A program made the translations under genes and the position numbers. A model generated the notes under the pieces. It was not told the DNA's origin and did not search any database. It saw only the letters and a program-made list of their open reading frames with translations. From Alphaproteobacteria bacterium (lineage in GTDB: Bacteria; Pseudomonadota; Alphaproteobacteria; MPNO01): a stretch of 64,000 nt of DNA. Shown in pieces: positions 8,874 through 18,757 of the stretch (within the stretch, counting starts at the first letter, position 1; every line of letters starts with the position of its first letter). The stretch lies in contig CBDFLJ010000001.1 in assembly GCA_965248835.1 (NCBI GenBank), positions 1,536,001 through 1,600,000 on the forward strand, written 5' to 3'.

Positions 8874-9471
8874 CGTCTTGCGCGCCATCGCGCCGATGAT
8901 TACGCCCGAAGACCTGGTGACCACCTCGATCGGCGGGACGTGGGACGACTGGTGGAACCTCAAGCCCGCCGCGGACAACACCTTCTTCACCGGCGTGCTC
9001 GGCTCCGTCACCTCGACCGCGCTGGGGCTGGCGATCTCGCTGCCGCACCGCCGCATCATCGCTTTCGAGAGTGATGGCTCGATGCTGATGAACACCGGCA
9101 TCATGTGCACGCTGGGCGCGCAGCGTCCGGCCAACCTGACGGTGCTGGTCTTCGACAACGAGATCTACGAGAACATCGGCGGGCCGCCGACCTTGACGTC
9201 CGGGAACACCGACCTCGCCCGCATGGCCGAGGGCGCCGGCTGCCTGAACTGCGCGACCGAGACTGAGACCGGCGCGGTCTCCCGGCACTTTTCCCGACTG
9301 CTCGATGACGGCGAGATGGGCTTCCTGGTCGCCAAGATCGCGCCCGGCAAGCATCCCTGGGCGTGGCAGGACCGCAAGCCCACCGACGGGATCGAGGACA
9401 AGTACCGGTTCCTGCGCTATGTCGAAAAGCTCGAAGGGGTGGTCATCCATCCCGGCGCCCCGCAAAACTGA
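8860..9471 (+). CDS. TPP-dependent decarboxylase beta subunit (ComE-like)
   Basis: ALGLAISLP...ESDGSMLMN...VFDNEIYENIGGPPT TPP-binding motif; overlaps the alpha subunit. Confidence 0.8.
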   Translation: MQRIDVLRAIAPMITPEDLVTTSIGGTWDDWWNLKPAADNTFFTGVLGSVTSTALGLAISLPHRRIIAFESDGSMLMNTGIMCTLGAQRPANLTVLVFDNEIYENIGGPPTLTSGNTDLARMAEGAGCLNCATETETGAVSRHFSRLLDDGEMGFLVAKIAPGKHPWAWQDRKPTDGIEDKYRFLRYVEKLEGVVIHPGAPQN

Positions 9472-9478
9472 TCCGCAC

Positions 9479-9778
9479 GTGGGAAGCGGCCTGGACGACG
9501 ACCGCAACATCCGGCTCGCCGGGCCATACCGGGCGCTGTGGCGCACCGCCCGCGCCGCCGGGAAGAAGGCGGTCGACCGGCCCCGACCCGAAGCAGACGG
9601 CCCGCCCGATCCGGTTCATTCGGCGCTGCGCCGCCAGGTCGAGGATCTGCTGGCCGATGCCGGCGCAAGCGATGCGGAGCGCCGCAGGATCCTCGACTCG
9701 ATCGCGTGCCCGTGCTGCGGCGGCACCGGGGCGAGCTTTACGATGACCATCCGGCCGGCGTCGAAGACCGGGTTCTGA
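9479..9778 (+). CDS. Small hypothetical protein with CPCCGG motif
   Basis: Fills the gap between comE-like and Rieske genes on the same strand; probable GTG start at 9479; C-terminal ILDSIACPCCGGTG. Confidence 0.55.
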   Translation: MGSGLDDDRNIRLAGPYRALWRTARAAGKKAVDRPRPEADGPPDPVHSALRRQVEDLLADAGASDAERRRILDSIACPCCGGTGASFTMTIRPASKTGF

Positions 9779-9853
9779 AGCCGCCGTGTTGTGCATCCAA
9801 TCCGACGCTGGTAGCGTCAACTTGAGAATCGTCTCGACCGGAAGGGTACGGGC

Positions 9854-10957
9854 ATGTTCCTGAAAAACTACTGGTATGTCGCGGCCGAACCCGGCGAGGT
9901 CGGCGACAAGCCGCTTGCGCGCCGTCTGCTGGGCGAGCCGGTGGTCATGTACCGCACCGCCGATGGCCGCGCGGTGGCGTTCGAGGACCGCTGCTGCCAC
10001 CGCCGGGCGCCGCTGTCGTTCGGGCGCGTGATCGGCAACAACCTGCGATGCGGCTATCACGGGCTGACCTACGGCCCCGATGGCAAGTGCGTGGCGATTC
10101 CGGGCCAGACCCAGCTTCCGCCGGGCGCCCGGGTCCGCACCTACCCGTTGGTCGAGCGCTGGAAGTGGCTGTGGATCTGGATGGGCGATCCCGAACTGGC
10201 CGACGATTCGGCGATCCCCAACCTCTATTGGCATGATGATCCGGCGTGGACGATGGTCAGCGGCTATCTGAGCATCGATGCCCATTACCAGCTCCTGGTC
10301 GACAATCTGCTCGACTTGACCCACGAGACGTTCCTGCACGCCTCGACCATCGGCAACGAGCACGTCGCCAATACACCGCTCGGCAAGGTCGATCGCAACA
10401 CCCTCGACGGGGTGAAGGGCACCGCCCTGGAGGCGGTCTCGCGCGATGTCCCGTCGGTGACCGTGACGCGGTGGATGTACGATATCGACCCGCCGCCGTT
10501 CTATGCCCGCTCCGGCGGGTTCGACAAGACCCGGGAAAACGTCGATCGCTGGCAGATCATCCGCTTCGAGCCGCCGTCTCATGTCTGGCTCGATGTCGGC
10601 GTCGCCCGCGCCGGGACCGGCGCGCCCGACGGCGACCGCAGCCAGGGGGTCACCCACACGGTGGTCGATTCGATCACCCCGGCAGACGAAGGCAAGACCC
10701 ATTATTTCTGGTCCTTCCCGCGCAACCATCAGCTCGACGACCAGGAGCTGTCGGCCTATTTCAAGGCCGGCGTCGACAGGACCTTCCTCGAGGACAAGGC
10801 CATGCTGGAGGGCCAGCAGGCGATCATCGATGCCGACCCCGACGCGCCGTTCATCGACATCAACGCCGATGCCGGCCCGGTCCTCGCCCGCAAGATCGTC
10901 GAGACCCTGTTGGTCGAGGAGGCGCGCGGCGGCGCCCGGGCCTCCCGCAGCGCATAA
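9854..10957 (+). CDS. Rieske non-heme iron oxygenase alpha subunit (VanA/O-demethylase-like)
   Basis: MFLKNYWYVAA; Rieske DRCCHR...CGYHG; mononuclear Fe site DNLLDLTHETFLH; F.EDK.MLE.QQ. Confidence 0.92.
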   Translation: MFLKNYWYVAAEPGEVGDKPLARRLLGEPVVMYRTADGRAVAFEDRCCHRRAPLSFGRVIGNNLRCGYHGLTYGPDGKCVAIPGQTQLPPGARVRTYPLVERWKWLWIWMGDPELADDSAIPNLYWHDDPAWTMVSGYLSIDAHYQLLVDNLLDLTHETFLHASTIGNEHVANTPLGKVDRNTLDGVKGTALEAVSRDVPSVTVTRWMYDIDPPPFYARSGGFDKTRENVDRWQIIRFEPPSHVWLDVGVARAGTGAPDGDRSQGVTHTVVDSITPADEGKTHYFWSFPRNHQLDDQELSAYFKAGVDRTFLEDKAMLEGQQAIIDADPDAPFIDINADAGPVLARKIVETLLVEEARGGARASRSA

Positions 10958-10979
10958 TCTGCATTTCGGACAGGCCATA

Positions 10980-11708
10980 ATGACCCAGGACGTTGTCGCC
11001 GAGATCGCCCCGAGCGGAACCTTGCGGGCGGGCATCAACCTCGCCAACTTTCTCCTGGTCACCGGCAAGACCGCTTCCGGCGAGCCCGAGGGCGTCGGGC
11101 CGGATCTCGCGCGCGCAATCGCCGACCGACTGGGGGTGGGGGTCGCCTGCGTCCCCTATGATTCGCCCGGCGCGCTGGCTGATGCGGTCGACGATGACGT
11201 CTGGGATATCGTGCTGATCGGTGCCGAGCCGGCGCGCGCGCAGACCATCGCGTTCACCGCCGCCTATGTCGAGATCGAGGCCACCTATCTCGTGCCCGCC
11301 GGCTCGTCCTTGGGCTCGATTGCCGACGTCGACCGTCCCGGTATCCGGATCGCGGTCTCCGGCCGAAGCGCCTACGACCTCTATTTGTCGCGCAATTTGG
11401 AGCATGCCGAGCTGGTGCGCGCCGAGGGCATCGCCGCCTCGTTCGCGCTGTTCAAGGACGAGAAGCTCGACGCCTTGGCGGGCCTCAGGCCGGCGCTGGT
11501 GACCTCGGCCGAGGCGCTGCCCGGGTCAAGGATCCTCGACGGCCGGTTCACCGCCGTCCAGCAGGCGGTCGGCACCCGGCGGGCCAACGCGGCGAGTGCG
11601 GCCTTTCTGCGGGAATTCGTCGAGGAGGCGAAGGCGAGCGGGCTCGTCGCCGGTCTGATTGCCCGCCACGGCGTCACCGGCCGGCTGTCGGTCGCGCCGC
11701 CGGCATAG
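10980..11708 (+). CDS. Type 2 periplasmic-binding-fold protein (amino-acid SBP family 3-like), no signal peptide
   Basis: APSGTLRAGINLAN, DLARAIA, DVDRPGIRIAV..SAYDLYLSR; start at ATG 10980. Confidence 0.8.
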   Translation: MTQDVVAEIAPSGTLRAGINLANFLLVTGKTASGEPEGVGPDLARAIADRLGVGVACVPYDSPGALADAVDDDVWDIVLIGAEPARAQTIAFTAAYVEIEATYLVPAGSSLGSIADVDRPGIRIAVSGRSAYDLYLSRNLEHAELVRAEGIAASFALFKDEKLDALAGLRPALVTSAEALPGSRILDGRFTAVQQAVGTRRANAASAAFLREFVEEAKASGLVAGLIARHGVTGRLSVAPPA

Positions 11709-11713
11709 GCGGT

Positions 11714-13486
11714 CTACGGGTCGGGCGTTGCCTGCGCGGCGGCGAGCGTCGCCTTGGCCGCGCGGATCTCGGCAGAGGCCGCTTCGTCGACCACCAGCGT
11801 CGCTGGGTCGCACACCACGCCATACTCGCGAAGCGCGGCTTCCAGGCTGACATAGCCCTGGCGGACATCGTTGGCGACCGCTTCGATCGGCCGTTCCAGG
11901 GGGGAGCCGAACCCGCCGCCGCCGCCGGATTTGAACGAGAACGCATCGCCCGGCCCCAGGCGTTGGGAGAGCACCTTGGCGTTGCTGTAATCGTCGCGCC
12001 AGGTGCCGTCGCGGCGCAGCGCGACGCTGTTGCCCGCCGCCGGAAGCCCGCCGTCGAGCCCCCAGGGCGCGCAGCGGACGCGGTCGATCTGGGCGTTGAG
12101 CGTCAGTGCCGCCCGTGCCCGCACGATGTTCTCGATCCCCAGCCCACCGCGGTGGCGCCCGGCGCCGCAGGAGTCCGGGCGCAGCGCGTGCGCCTCGAAC
12201 AGGATCGGGAATTTGGCCTCGAGCTGCTCGACCGGGCTGTTGTGGGTATCGCCGTCGTTCATGCAGATCGTGGCGCTGTTGCCGTCCTCGCTGCGCTTGG
12301 CGCCCCAACCGCCGCCGGTCGGCCCGATGAAGGCGATATAGAATTCGGAGGTCTTCGGGTTGATGCCGTTGAAGAAGCCGACGATCAAATCGGCGTGGTG
12401 TCCGGCGATGGTGCGGTCGGGGATCGCCGGTGCCAATGCCTTGAAGACGGTATCGACGATGGTCATCGGGAAGGTCATCCACCAGCGCATCGGCGCGGGC
12501 TTCTGGGCGCTGACGATCCGGCCCATCGGCACGATGGTCTCCAGGTTGCGGAACGAGCCGTCGTTGATCGGGTAGTCGGTCGGCGAGGTCAGGCACTTGA
12601 AGGCCACCTGGGTGCAGGCATAACCGGTGGTCACGCCGGAGTTGTAGAAGCCCTTGACCTGGTTCGATACTTCGGTGAGATCGACGGTCATGCGGTCGCC
12701 CTGGACGATCACCTTGACCCGGATGGGTACCGGCTTGTCGACATCGACACCGTCGTCGTCCATGAAGGACTCGGCCCAGTAGACGCCGTCGGGGATGGAT
12801 TCGGTGCGCGCGCGGGCGGCCGCCTCGGACTGGTCCATGATCGCGGCGATCGCGCCCAGCACCGCCTCGCGGCCATAGCGGCCGATGAGCTCCAGGAACC
12901 GGCGCTCCCCCGATTTGATCGCGGTGAGCTGGGCGCGCAGATCGCCCATCGCGCGCTCCGGCAGGCGGACATTCATGTGCAGGATGTCGAGCAGGTCCTG
13001 GTTGACCACGCCTGCGCGCTGGTACTTGACGATCGGGATCTGCAGGCCTTCGGAATAGATGTCGGTGGTCATCCCGTCCAGGGTGCCGCCGATATCGGGC
13101 CAGTGGGCCATGCAGCAGGCGAACCCGATCAGGGTGCCGTCATCGAAGATCGGCAGGCTGAAGGTGACATGGTTGAGGTGGCTGCCGGTGATGTAGGCGT
13201 CGTTGGTCACCAGGATGTCGCCGGGGTGGATGTCATCGCCGAAATGGCGCAGCTTCGCCTTCACCGTTTCGGCCATGCCGCGGATGAACATCGGCAGGCC
13301 GAGCCCGATCGAGACCGTCTCGCCCTTGGCGGTGAACAGGCCGACGGTGAAGTCCAGCGCCTCGTATATGATCATGTTGTAGGCGGTGCGCATCAGGTTG
13401 GTCTTCATCTCCTCGGTGATGGCGATGACGCCGTTGCGCACCAGCTCGGTGACCACCGGGTCGACGTTCGCGGCAGGAGCGCTCAT
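11714..13486 (-). CDS. Hydantoinase B / 5-oxoprolinase family subunit
   Basis: RTAYNMIIYEALDF, NDAY.TGSHLNH, HWPDIGG, NSPVEQLE, GGGGFGSP; start at ATG 13486. Confidence 0.9.
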   Translation of the reverse strand: MSAPAANVDPVVTELVRNGVIAITEEMKTNLMRTAYNMIIYEALDFTVGLFTAKGETVSIGLGLPMFIRGMAETVKAKLRHFGDDIHPGDILVTNDAYITGSHLNHVTFSLPIFDDGTLIGFACCMAHWPDIGGTLDGMTTDIYSEGLQIPIVKYQRAGVVNQDLLDILHMNVRLPERAMGDLRAQLTAIKSGERRFLELIGRYGREAVLGAIAAIMDQSEAAARARTESIPDGVYWAESFMDDDGVDVDKPVPIRVKVIVQGDRMTVDLTEVSNQVKGFYNSGVTTGYACTQVAFKCLTSPTDYPINDGSFRNLETIVPMGRIVSAQKPAPMRWWMTFPMTIVDTVFKALAPAIPDRTIAGHHADLIVGFFNGINPKTSEFYIAFIGPTGGGWGAKRSEDGNSATICMNDGDTHNSPVEQLEAKFPILFEAHALRPDSCGAGRHRGGLGIENIVRARAALTLNAQIDRVRCAPWGLDGGLPAAGNSVALRRDGTWRDDYSNAKVLSQRLGPGDAFSFKSGGGGGFGSPLERPIEAVANDVRQGYVSLEAALREYGVVCDPATLVVDEAASAEIRAAKATLAAAQATPDP

Positions 13487-15561
13487 GAGCTTCGCGCCCC
13501 GACCTTGATACGCAGATTGCCGTGCGCATCGACGCGCATCAGGTCGCCGGGCAGGAGCAGCGTGGTCGAGGCCTGCTCCTCGATGACCGCCGGGCCCTCC
13601 AGCCGGATGTCGGGGCCGAGCGCGGCACGGGCATGGACCGGGGTGTCGACGAACCCGCCGGCCTCGGAGAAATAGACCCGCCGCTGCCCGACGGGCAGAT
13701 CGAGCGGCTCGGCGGCGCGGGCCCGCGGCGGTTTGGAAAGGATCCCGGCCACGGTCGCGCGCAGGCTGACCAGTTCGGCCGGCTCCTCGGGCGCCGAGGT
13801 GCCGTAGCGCAGCGCATGGACCTGGTCGAACCGCGTCTTGATCGCCGACCGGTCGCCGGCGGCGAAGACCTCGGCCGGGAGATCGACCGTCACCGCATGC
13901 TCCTGGCCGACATAGCGCATGTCGGCCGACCGTCCGGCGAGGATCTCCTCGATCGCCGTGCCGGTGGCCGAGACCGCCGCGCGGCCCTGCCGCTCCATCT
14001 CGGCATAGAGCCGCTCGATCTCTTCGAACGGCGCCTCGGCGAGTCGGGCAAACCAGGTGCGGACGTAGTCGTAGCGGAGATCGGCGTGCATCATGCCGAC
14101 CGCGGAGAAGTGGCCCGGCGCCGGGGGCACGACGATCTCGCCCATGCCGAGCTCGCGCGCCACGGCGCTGGCATGCAGCGGGCCGGCGCCGCCGAAGGCG
14201 ACCAGGGCGAAATCGCCCACATCGAGCCCGCGCTCGGTGGACACGCCCTTGACCGCGAACGACATCGCGGTGGCGGCGATCTGCAGCACGCCGGCGGCGG
14301 CGGCCACGACGTCCATGCCGAGCGGTTCGGCGACCGCATCGCGCATCGCACGTTCGGCGGCGGCCGGATCGAGCGTCATGTCGCCGCCGAGGAACTTGTC
14401 GGGCGCGATGCGGCCGAGGATCAGATTGGCATCGGTTACCGTCGGCGCCGTACCGCCGAGCGCATAGCACGCCGGTCCCGGGCTCGCGCCGGCGCTGTCC
14501 GGGCCGACCCGCAGCGCGCCCTGCGGTCCGACGCGGGCGATCGAGCCGCCGCCGGTGCCGACCTCGAAGATGTCCATCATCGCGATCTGGACCGGCAGGC
14601 CCTGCTCGTAGCCGCCGATCATCGCGGAGCCCGTCGTCAGCGCTTCGCCGCCGCAGATCACCCCGGATTTGGCAGTCGTGCCGCCCATGTCGAAGGTGAT
14701 CGCGTTGTCCAGCCCGATCGCGCGGGCGAGCGCCCGGCCGGCGATCACGCCCGCCGCCGGGCCGGACTCCAGCATGTGCACGCAATCCTCGCGCGCCTGG
14801 GCGACGTCGTAGAGCCCGCCGGTCGATTGGACCACCAGAAATGCGCCGGGAAAGGACTCGGCCTCCAAGTGATCGCCGATCTCGCCCAGATAGGCGCGGA
14901 CCTGTGGTCCGATATAGGCGTTTGCCGCGACCGTCGAGCAGCGCTCGAACTCGCGGTATTCCTGGGACAGCTCGCAGGAGGCGGTGATGAACACCCCCGG
15001 CAGGCGGTCCTCGAAGATCGCCTTGACCCGCTTCTCGTGGTCGGGGTTGCGGTAGCTGTGGAGCAGCAGGATCGCCACCGCCTCGATGTCGAGCGCTGCC
15101 AGGCGGTCGGCCAGCGCATGGACCTCGTCCTCGTCCAGCGGGGTCAGCACCTCGCCTTCGGCAAGCATCCTCTCGGCGAGCTCGAAGCACATCGCGCGCT
15201 CGATCAACGGGACGTGCTTCTTGAAGAACAGGTTGTAAGAATCGGGCCGGTTGACCCGGCCGATCTCGTAGATGTCGCGAAAGCCCTCGGTGATTACCAG
15301 CGCCGCACGCGCGCCGGTGCGCTCGAGCATGGTGTTGATGGCGATCGTCGAGCCGTGCAGGAACAGGGCGGCGTCGCGGAACCTGATGCCGGCGCGCGCG
15401 ACGCCGGCGGCGATGCCCTCGACCAGATGGGACGGCGTCGACAGCGCCTTGCCGAGGCTGAGCGTGCCGCCTTCGGGGTCAAACGCCACGATGTCGGTGA
15501 ACGTACCTCCGATATCGGCGGCGAGCCGAAGCCCGCCGCCGAGCGATTGTGGTTCCGCCAT
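13483..15561 (-). CDS. Hydantoinase A / 5-oxoprolinase family subunit (ATP-binding)
   Basis: DIGGTFTD, HGSTIAIN, ESGPAAG, FDMGGTT, GGGSIA, SAGASPGPACY, FGGAGPLH. Confidence 0.92.
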   Translation of the reverse strand: MAEPQSLGGGLRLAADIGGTFTDIVAFDPEGGTLSLGKALSTPSHLVEGIAAGVARAGIRFRDAALFLHGSTIAINTMLERTGARAALVITEGFRDIYEIGRVNRPDSYNLFFKKHVPLIERAMCFELAERMLAEGEVLTPLDEDEVHALADRLAALDIEAVAILLLHSYRNPDHEKRVKAIFEDRLPGVFITASCELSQEYREFERCSTVAANAYIGPQVRAYLGEIGDHLEAESFPGAFLVVQSTGGLYDVAQAREDCVHMLESGPAAGVIAGRALARAIGLDNAITFDMGGTTAKSGVICGGEALTTGSAMIGGYEQGLPVQIAMMDIFEVGTGGGSIARVGPQGALRVGPDSAGASPGPACYALGGTAPTVTDANLILGRIAPDKFLGGDMTLDPAAAERAMRDAVAEPLGMDVVAAAAGVLQIAATAMSFAVKGVSTERGLDVGDFALVAFGGAGPLHASAVARELGMGEIVVPPAPGHFSAVGMMHADLRYDYVRTWFARLAEAPFEEIERLYAEMERQGRAAVSATGTAIEEILAGRSADMRYVGQEHAVTVDLPAEVFAAGDRSAIKTRFDQVHALRYGTSAPEEPAELVSLRATVAGILSKPPRARAAEPLDLPVGQRRVYFSEAGGFVDTPVHARAALGPDIRLEGPAVIEEQASTTLLLPGDLMRVDAHGNLRIKVGARSS

Positions 15562-15621
15562 GAATCAGTCCGAAAGCGTCGTTTGCTGCCGCCGGGAATA
15601 TCAAAGCGGCCTCGGGTCGAG

Positions 15622-16545
15622 TCAACCGCGCGCGGGGCTCGATCCCGGTTCCGAACGGATTGAGCCGGCCAGCATCCGGATGATGCCGGAAAAATCGCTC
15701 GTGCCCTGGCCGGACTCGCAATAGCGCTCGTAGAGCGTGGCCGCATGGGTGCCGAGCGGGGTGGCCGCACCGGTGCTCTTGGCCGCATCGCGGGCGAGGG
15801 TCAGGTCCTTCAGCATCATCCGGGCGGTAAAGCCCGCTGCGTAGCCGCGGTTGGCGGGCGAGGACGGCACCGGCCCCGCCACCGGGCAGTAGGAGGTGAG
15901 CGACCAGCACTGGCCCGAGGCGGTCGAGACGATATCGAACAGGGTCTGCGGGTCGAGTCCGGTGCGCTCGGCAAGCGTGAACGCTTCCGAGACCGCGATC
16001 ATGGACACGCCCAGGATCATGTTGTTGCACATCTTCGCGGCCTGGCCGTTGCCCGGCCCGCCGGCATGGATGATGTTGCGGCCCATAGCCGCCATCGGTG
16101 TCCGGGCCTCCAGGAAGGCCGGCTCCGCGCCGCCCACCATGAAGGTGAGCGTGCCGGCTTCGGCGCCGCCGACGCCGCCCGAGACCGGTGCATCGAGGTG
16201 GGCAAGCCCCCTGTCGGCGGCCGCCCGGTGGACATCGCGCGCGGCCTGCAGGTCGATGGTCGAGCAATCGACGAGCAGCGTCTCCGGCCGGGCGCACTCG
16301 ATCAGCCCGCCCGGCGCGGTATAGACCGCGCGCACGTCATCGCCGGCCGGCAGCATCGTGAACACCGCCTCGGCACCGTCGAGCGCGGCGGCGAGGTCGT
16401 CGACGATCGCGATACCGTCGGCCTTCGCGGCCTCCCGCGCCGCCGCCGCGATGTCGAAGCCCCGCACCGCATGGCCGGCGCCGGCCAGATTGCGCGCCAT
16501 GGGCCGGCCCATGTTGCCGAGCCCGATGAAGCCGATCTCGGCCAT
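15622..16545 (-). CDS. mmsB: 3-hydroxyisobutyrate dehydrogenase
   Basis: IGFIGLGNMG, DAPVSGG, GTLTFMVGG, AKMCNNMILG, CWSLTSYCPV.GPVP. Confidence 0.92.
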   Translation of the reverse strand: MAEIGFIGLGNMGRPMARNLAGAGHAVRGFDIAAAAREAAKADGIAIVDDLAAALDGAEAVFTMLPAGDDVRAVYTAPGGLIECARPETLLVDCSTIDLQAARDVHRAAADRGLAHLDAPVSGGVGGAEAGTLTFMVGGAEPAFLEARTPMAAMGRNIIHAGGPGNGQAAKMCNNMILGVSMIAVSEAFTLAERTGLDPQTLFDIVSTASGQCWSLTSYCPVAGPVPSSPANRGYAAGFTARMMLKDLTLARDAAKSTGAATPLGTHAATLYERYCESGQGTSDFSGIIRMLAGSIRSEPGSSPARG

Positions 16546-16558
16546 GGTCCTCTCCTTG

Positions 16559-17608
16559 TCAGTCGAACGCCAACTCGCGCTCCCGCGGGGCGAAATAGGC
16601 CGCCACGGTTTCTTCGCACACGTCTTCCAGCCGCGCCGGGTCCCAGCGCGGCTTGCGGTCCTTGTCGATCACCGTGGCCCGGATGCCCTCGAAGAAGTCG
16701 TGACCGTCCAGGAAAGCGACGGCCATGCGGTACTCCCGCCGCATGATCTCCTCCCAGCCGAGCCCGTCGCCCTCGCGGAGCTGGCGGTGGGTGACCAGCA
16801 AGCTGGTCGGCGACTTGGTGCGCAACTCATCGGCGGCCTCGATCGCGAAATAGCCGTCCTCTTGCTCCAGAGCCTCGATGATCGCCGCCACGCCGGGCGC
16901 GCCGAAGCAGGCATCGATCACCCGTGCGTGCTGGCGGATCTGCACCGGTCCGGGCGATTCCGCGACCTCGGCGATCAGCGCATCGATCGCGGCCGCGCCA
17001 TCGCCCAGATCGGCGGCAGCGAGCCTTTCCTCGAGGTCCGCCAGCTTCTCGGACGGGATGTAATGGGTGCCGATCCCGGCATGGATCGCGTCGGCGGCCT
17101 TCAGCCGCGCGCCGGTGAGCGCGAGATACATGCCGAGCGCGCCCGGGCAGCGGGGCAGGAATTCGGTCGCGCCGACATCCGGAAACAGGCCGATCCCGGT
17201 CTCGGGCATCGCGAACAGCGTGCGCTCGGTCATGATCCGGTGCGAGCCGTGGACCGAGATCCCGACGCCGCCGCCCATCACGATCCCGTCGATGAGCGCG
17301 ACATAGGGCTTGGGGAAGCAATGGACGGCGTGATCGAGCCGGTATTCGTGCCAAAAGAACGCGCTGACACCCGGATCGCCCGCCTGCCTGGCGGCGTAGA
17401 GCGCGCGGATGTCCCCGCCGGCGCAGAACGCGCGCTCGCCCGCGCCGGTGACCACGACCGCCTTGACGGCATCGTCGGCCGCCCAGTCGAGCAGCGCCTG
17501 GCGGAAGGTCACGCACATCTGTTTGCTCAACGCGTTGAACGTGTCCGGCGAATTGAGGTGAACCCGGCCGATGCCGCCGACTCGACGAAGCTGAACCGAT
17601 TCGTCCAT
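16559..17608 (-). CDS. 3-hydroxyisobutyryl-CoA hydrolase (crotonase family)
   Basis: AFCAGGDI, EY.LD, GIVMGGGVG, FAMPETGIGLFPDVG, DFFEGIRA..IDKD; between mmsB and an acyl-CoA dehydrogenase. Confidence 0.88.
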   Translation of the reverse strand: MDESVQLRRVGGIGRVHLNSPDTFNALSKQMCVTFRQALLDWAADDAVKAVVVTGAGERAFCAGGDIRALYAARQAGDPGVSAFFWHEYRLDHAVHCFPKPYVALIDGIVMGGGVGISVHGSHRIMTERTLFAMPETGIGLFPDVGATEFLPRCPGALGMYLALTGARLKAADAIHAGIGTHYIPSEKLADLEERLAAADLGDGAAAIDALIAEVAESPGPVQIRQHARVIDACFGAPGVAAIIEALEQEDGYFAIEAADELRTKSPTSLLVTHRQLREGDGLGWEEIMRREYRMAVAFLDGHDFFEGIRATVIDKDRKPRWDPARLEDVCEETVAAYFAPRERELAFD

Positions 17609-17611
17609 CGC

Positions 17612-18757
17612 TCAGGTCTCGGCCAGCAGGCGCCGGGCGATGATCACACGCATGATCTCGTTGGTCCCTTCCAGGATCTGATGGACCCTGAGGTCGCGAA
17701 AATAGCGCTCGATCCCGAACGCGCGTAGATAGCCGTAGCCACCGTGGAGCTGCAGCGCCTCGTTGCACACCTCGAATCCGGCATCGGTGGCGAGCCGTTT
17801 GGCCATCGCGCAGTGGAGCGTGGCATCGGGCGTGCCGGCGTCCAGTGCCGCGGCGGCGCGGAAGACCATCAGCCGCGCGGCGTCGAGCGCGGTTGCCATG
17901 TCGGCGAGCTTGAACTGGATGGCCTGGAAGTCGGCGATCGCGCGGCCGAACTGGCGGCGGGCGCCGACATAGACACGCGCGGCCTCGAAGCACGCCCGTG
18001 CGCCGCCGATCGAGCATGCGCCGATATTGATCCGCCCGCCGTCGAGCCCGGCCATCGCAATGCGAAACCCCTGCCCCTCGGCGCCGATCAGGTTGGCGGC
18101 CGGCACCCGGCAGTCGTCGAAATGGACCATCGCCGTCGGCTGCGAATGCCAGCCGAGCTTCTTCTCCTGCGCGCCGAACGAAATCCCGGCGGCCTCCCGT
18201 TCGATGGCAAGGCACGATATTCCGCCCGCACCCGCGCCGCCGGTGCGCACCATGGTGAGGTAGACGTCCGCGGCGCCGGCGCCGGAGATGAACGCCTTCG
18301 CGCCGTTGACCACGTAATCCTCACCGTCGCGCTCGGCCCGGGTGACGAGCGCGGCCGCGTCCGAGCCCGCCTCCGGCTCGGTTAGGCAATAGCTGGCGAA
18401 CCAATCCATGGTGTTCAGCTTCGGCAGGAAGCGCCGGCGTTGATCGTCGGTCCCGAAGGCATCGATCATCCAGGCGGCCATGTTGTGGATCGAGATATAG
18501 GCCGCCGTGGAGGTGCAGCCGGCGGCGAGCTCCTCGAGCACGATCGCCGCATCGAGCCGGCTGAGCGCCGCGCCGCCGACATCCTCGCGCACGTAAAGCC
18601 CCGCGAAGCCGAGCGCCGCCGCCGCCCGGAGCGCCGCGACCGGGAAGACCGAGTCCTCGTCCCAGACCGCCGCATCGGGTGCAAGCTCGCCCGCGGCGAA
18701 CGCCTGCGCGGCGTCGCGAAACGCCAGTTGCTCTTCGGACAGCGCGAAATCCATCAT
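17612..18757 (-). CDS. Isobutyryl-CoA dehydrogenase (acyl-CoA dehydrogenase)
   Basis: AYISIHNM, SYCLTEPEAGSDAA, KLGWHSQPT, RDLRVHQILEGTNEIM; valine-catabolism context. Confidence 0.88.
   Translation of the reverse strand: MMDFALSEEQLAFRDAAQAFAAGELAPDAAVWDEDSVFPVAALRAAAALGFAGLYVREDVGGAALSRLDAAIVLEELAAGCTSTAAYISIHNMAAWMIDAFGTDDQRRRFLPKLNTMDWFASYCLTEPEAGSDAAALVTRAERDGEDYVVNGAKAFISGAGAADVYLTMVRTGGAGAGGISCLAIEREAAGISFGAQEKKLGWHSQPTAMVHFDDCRVPAANLIGAEGQGFRIAMAGLDGGRINIGACSIGGARACFEAARVYVGARRQFGRAIADFQAIQFKLADMATALDAARLMVFRAAAALDAGTPDATLHCAMAKRLATDAGFEVCNEALQLHGGYGYLRAFGIERYFRDLRVHQILEGTNEIMRVIIARRLLAET

Noticed and set aside
11714-15190. Apparent 1158-aa hydantoinase fusion
   Set aside because: The N-terminal half is an alternative frame over hydantoinase A; the real B subunit starts at 13486 with an ATGA overlap
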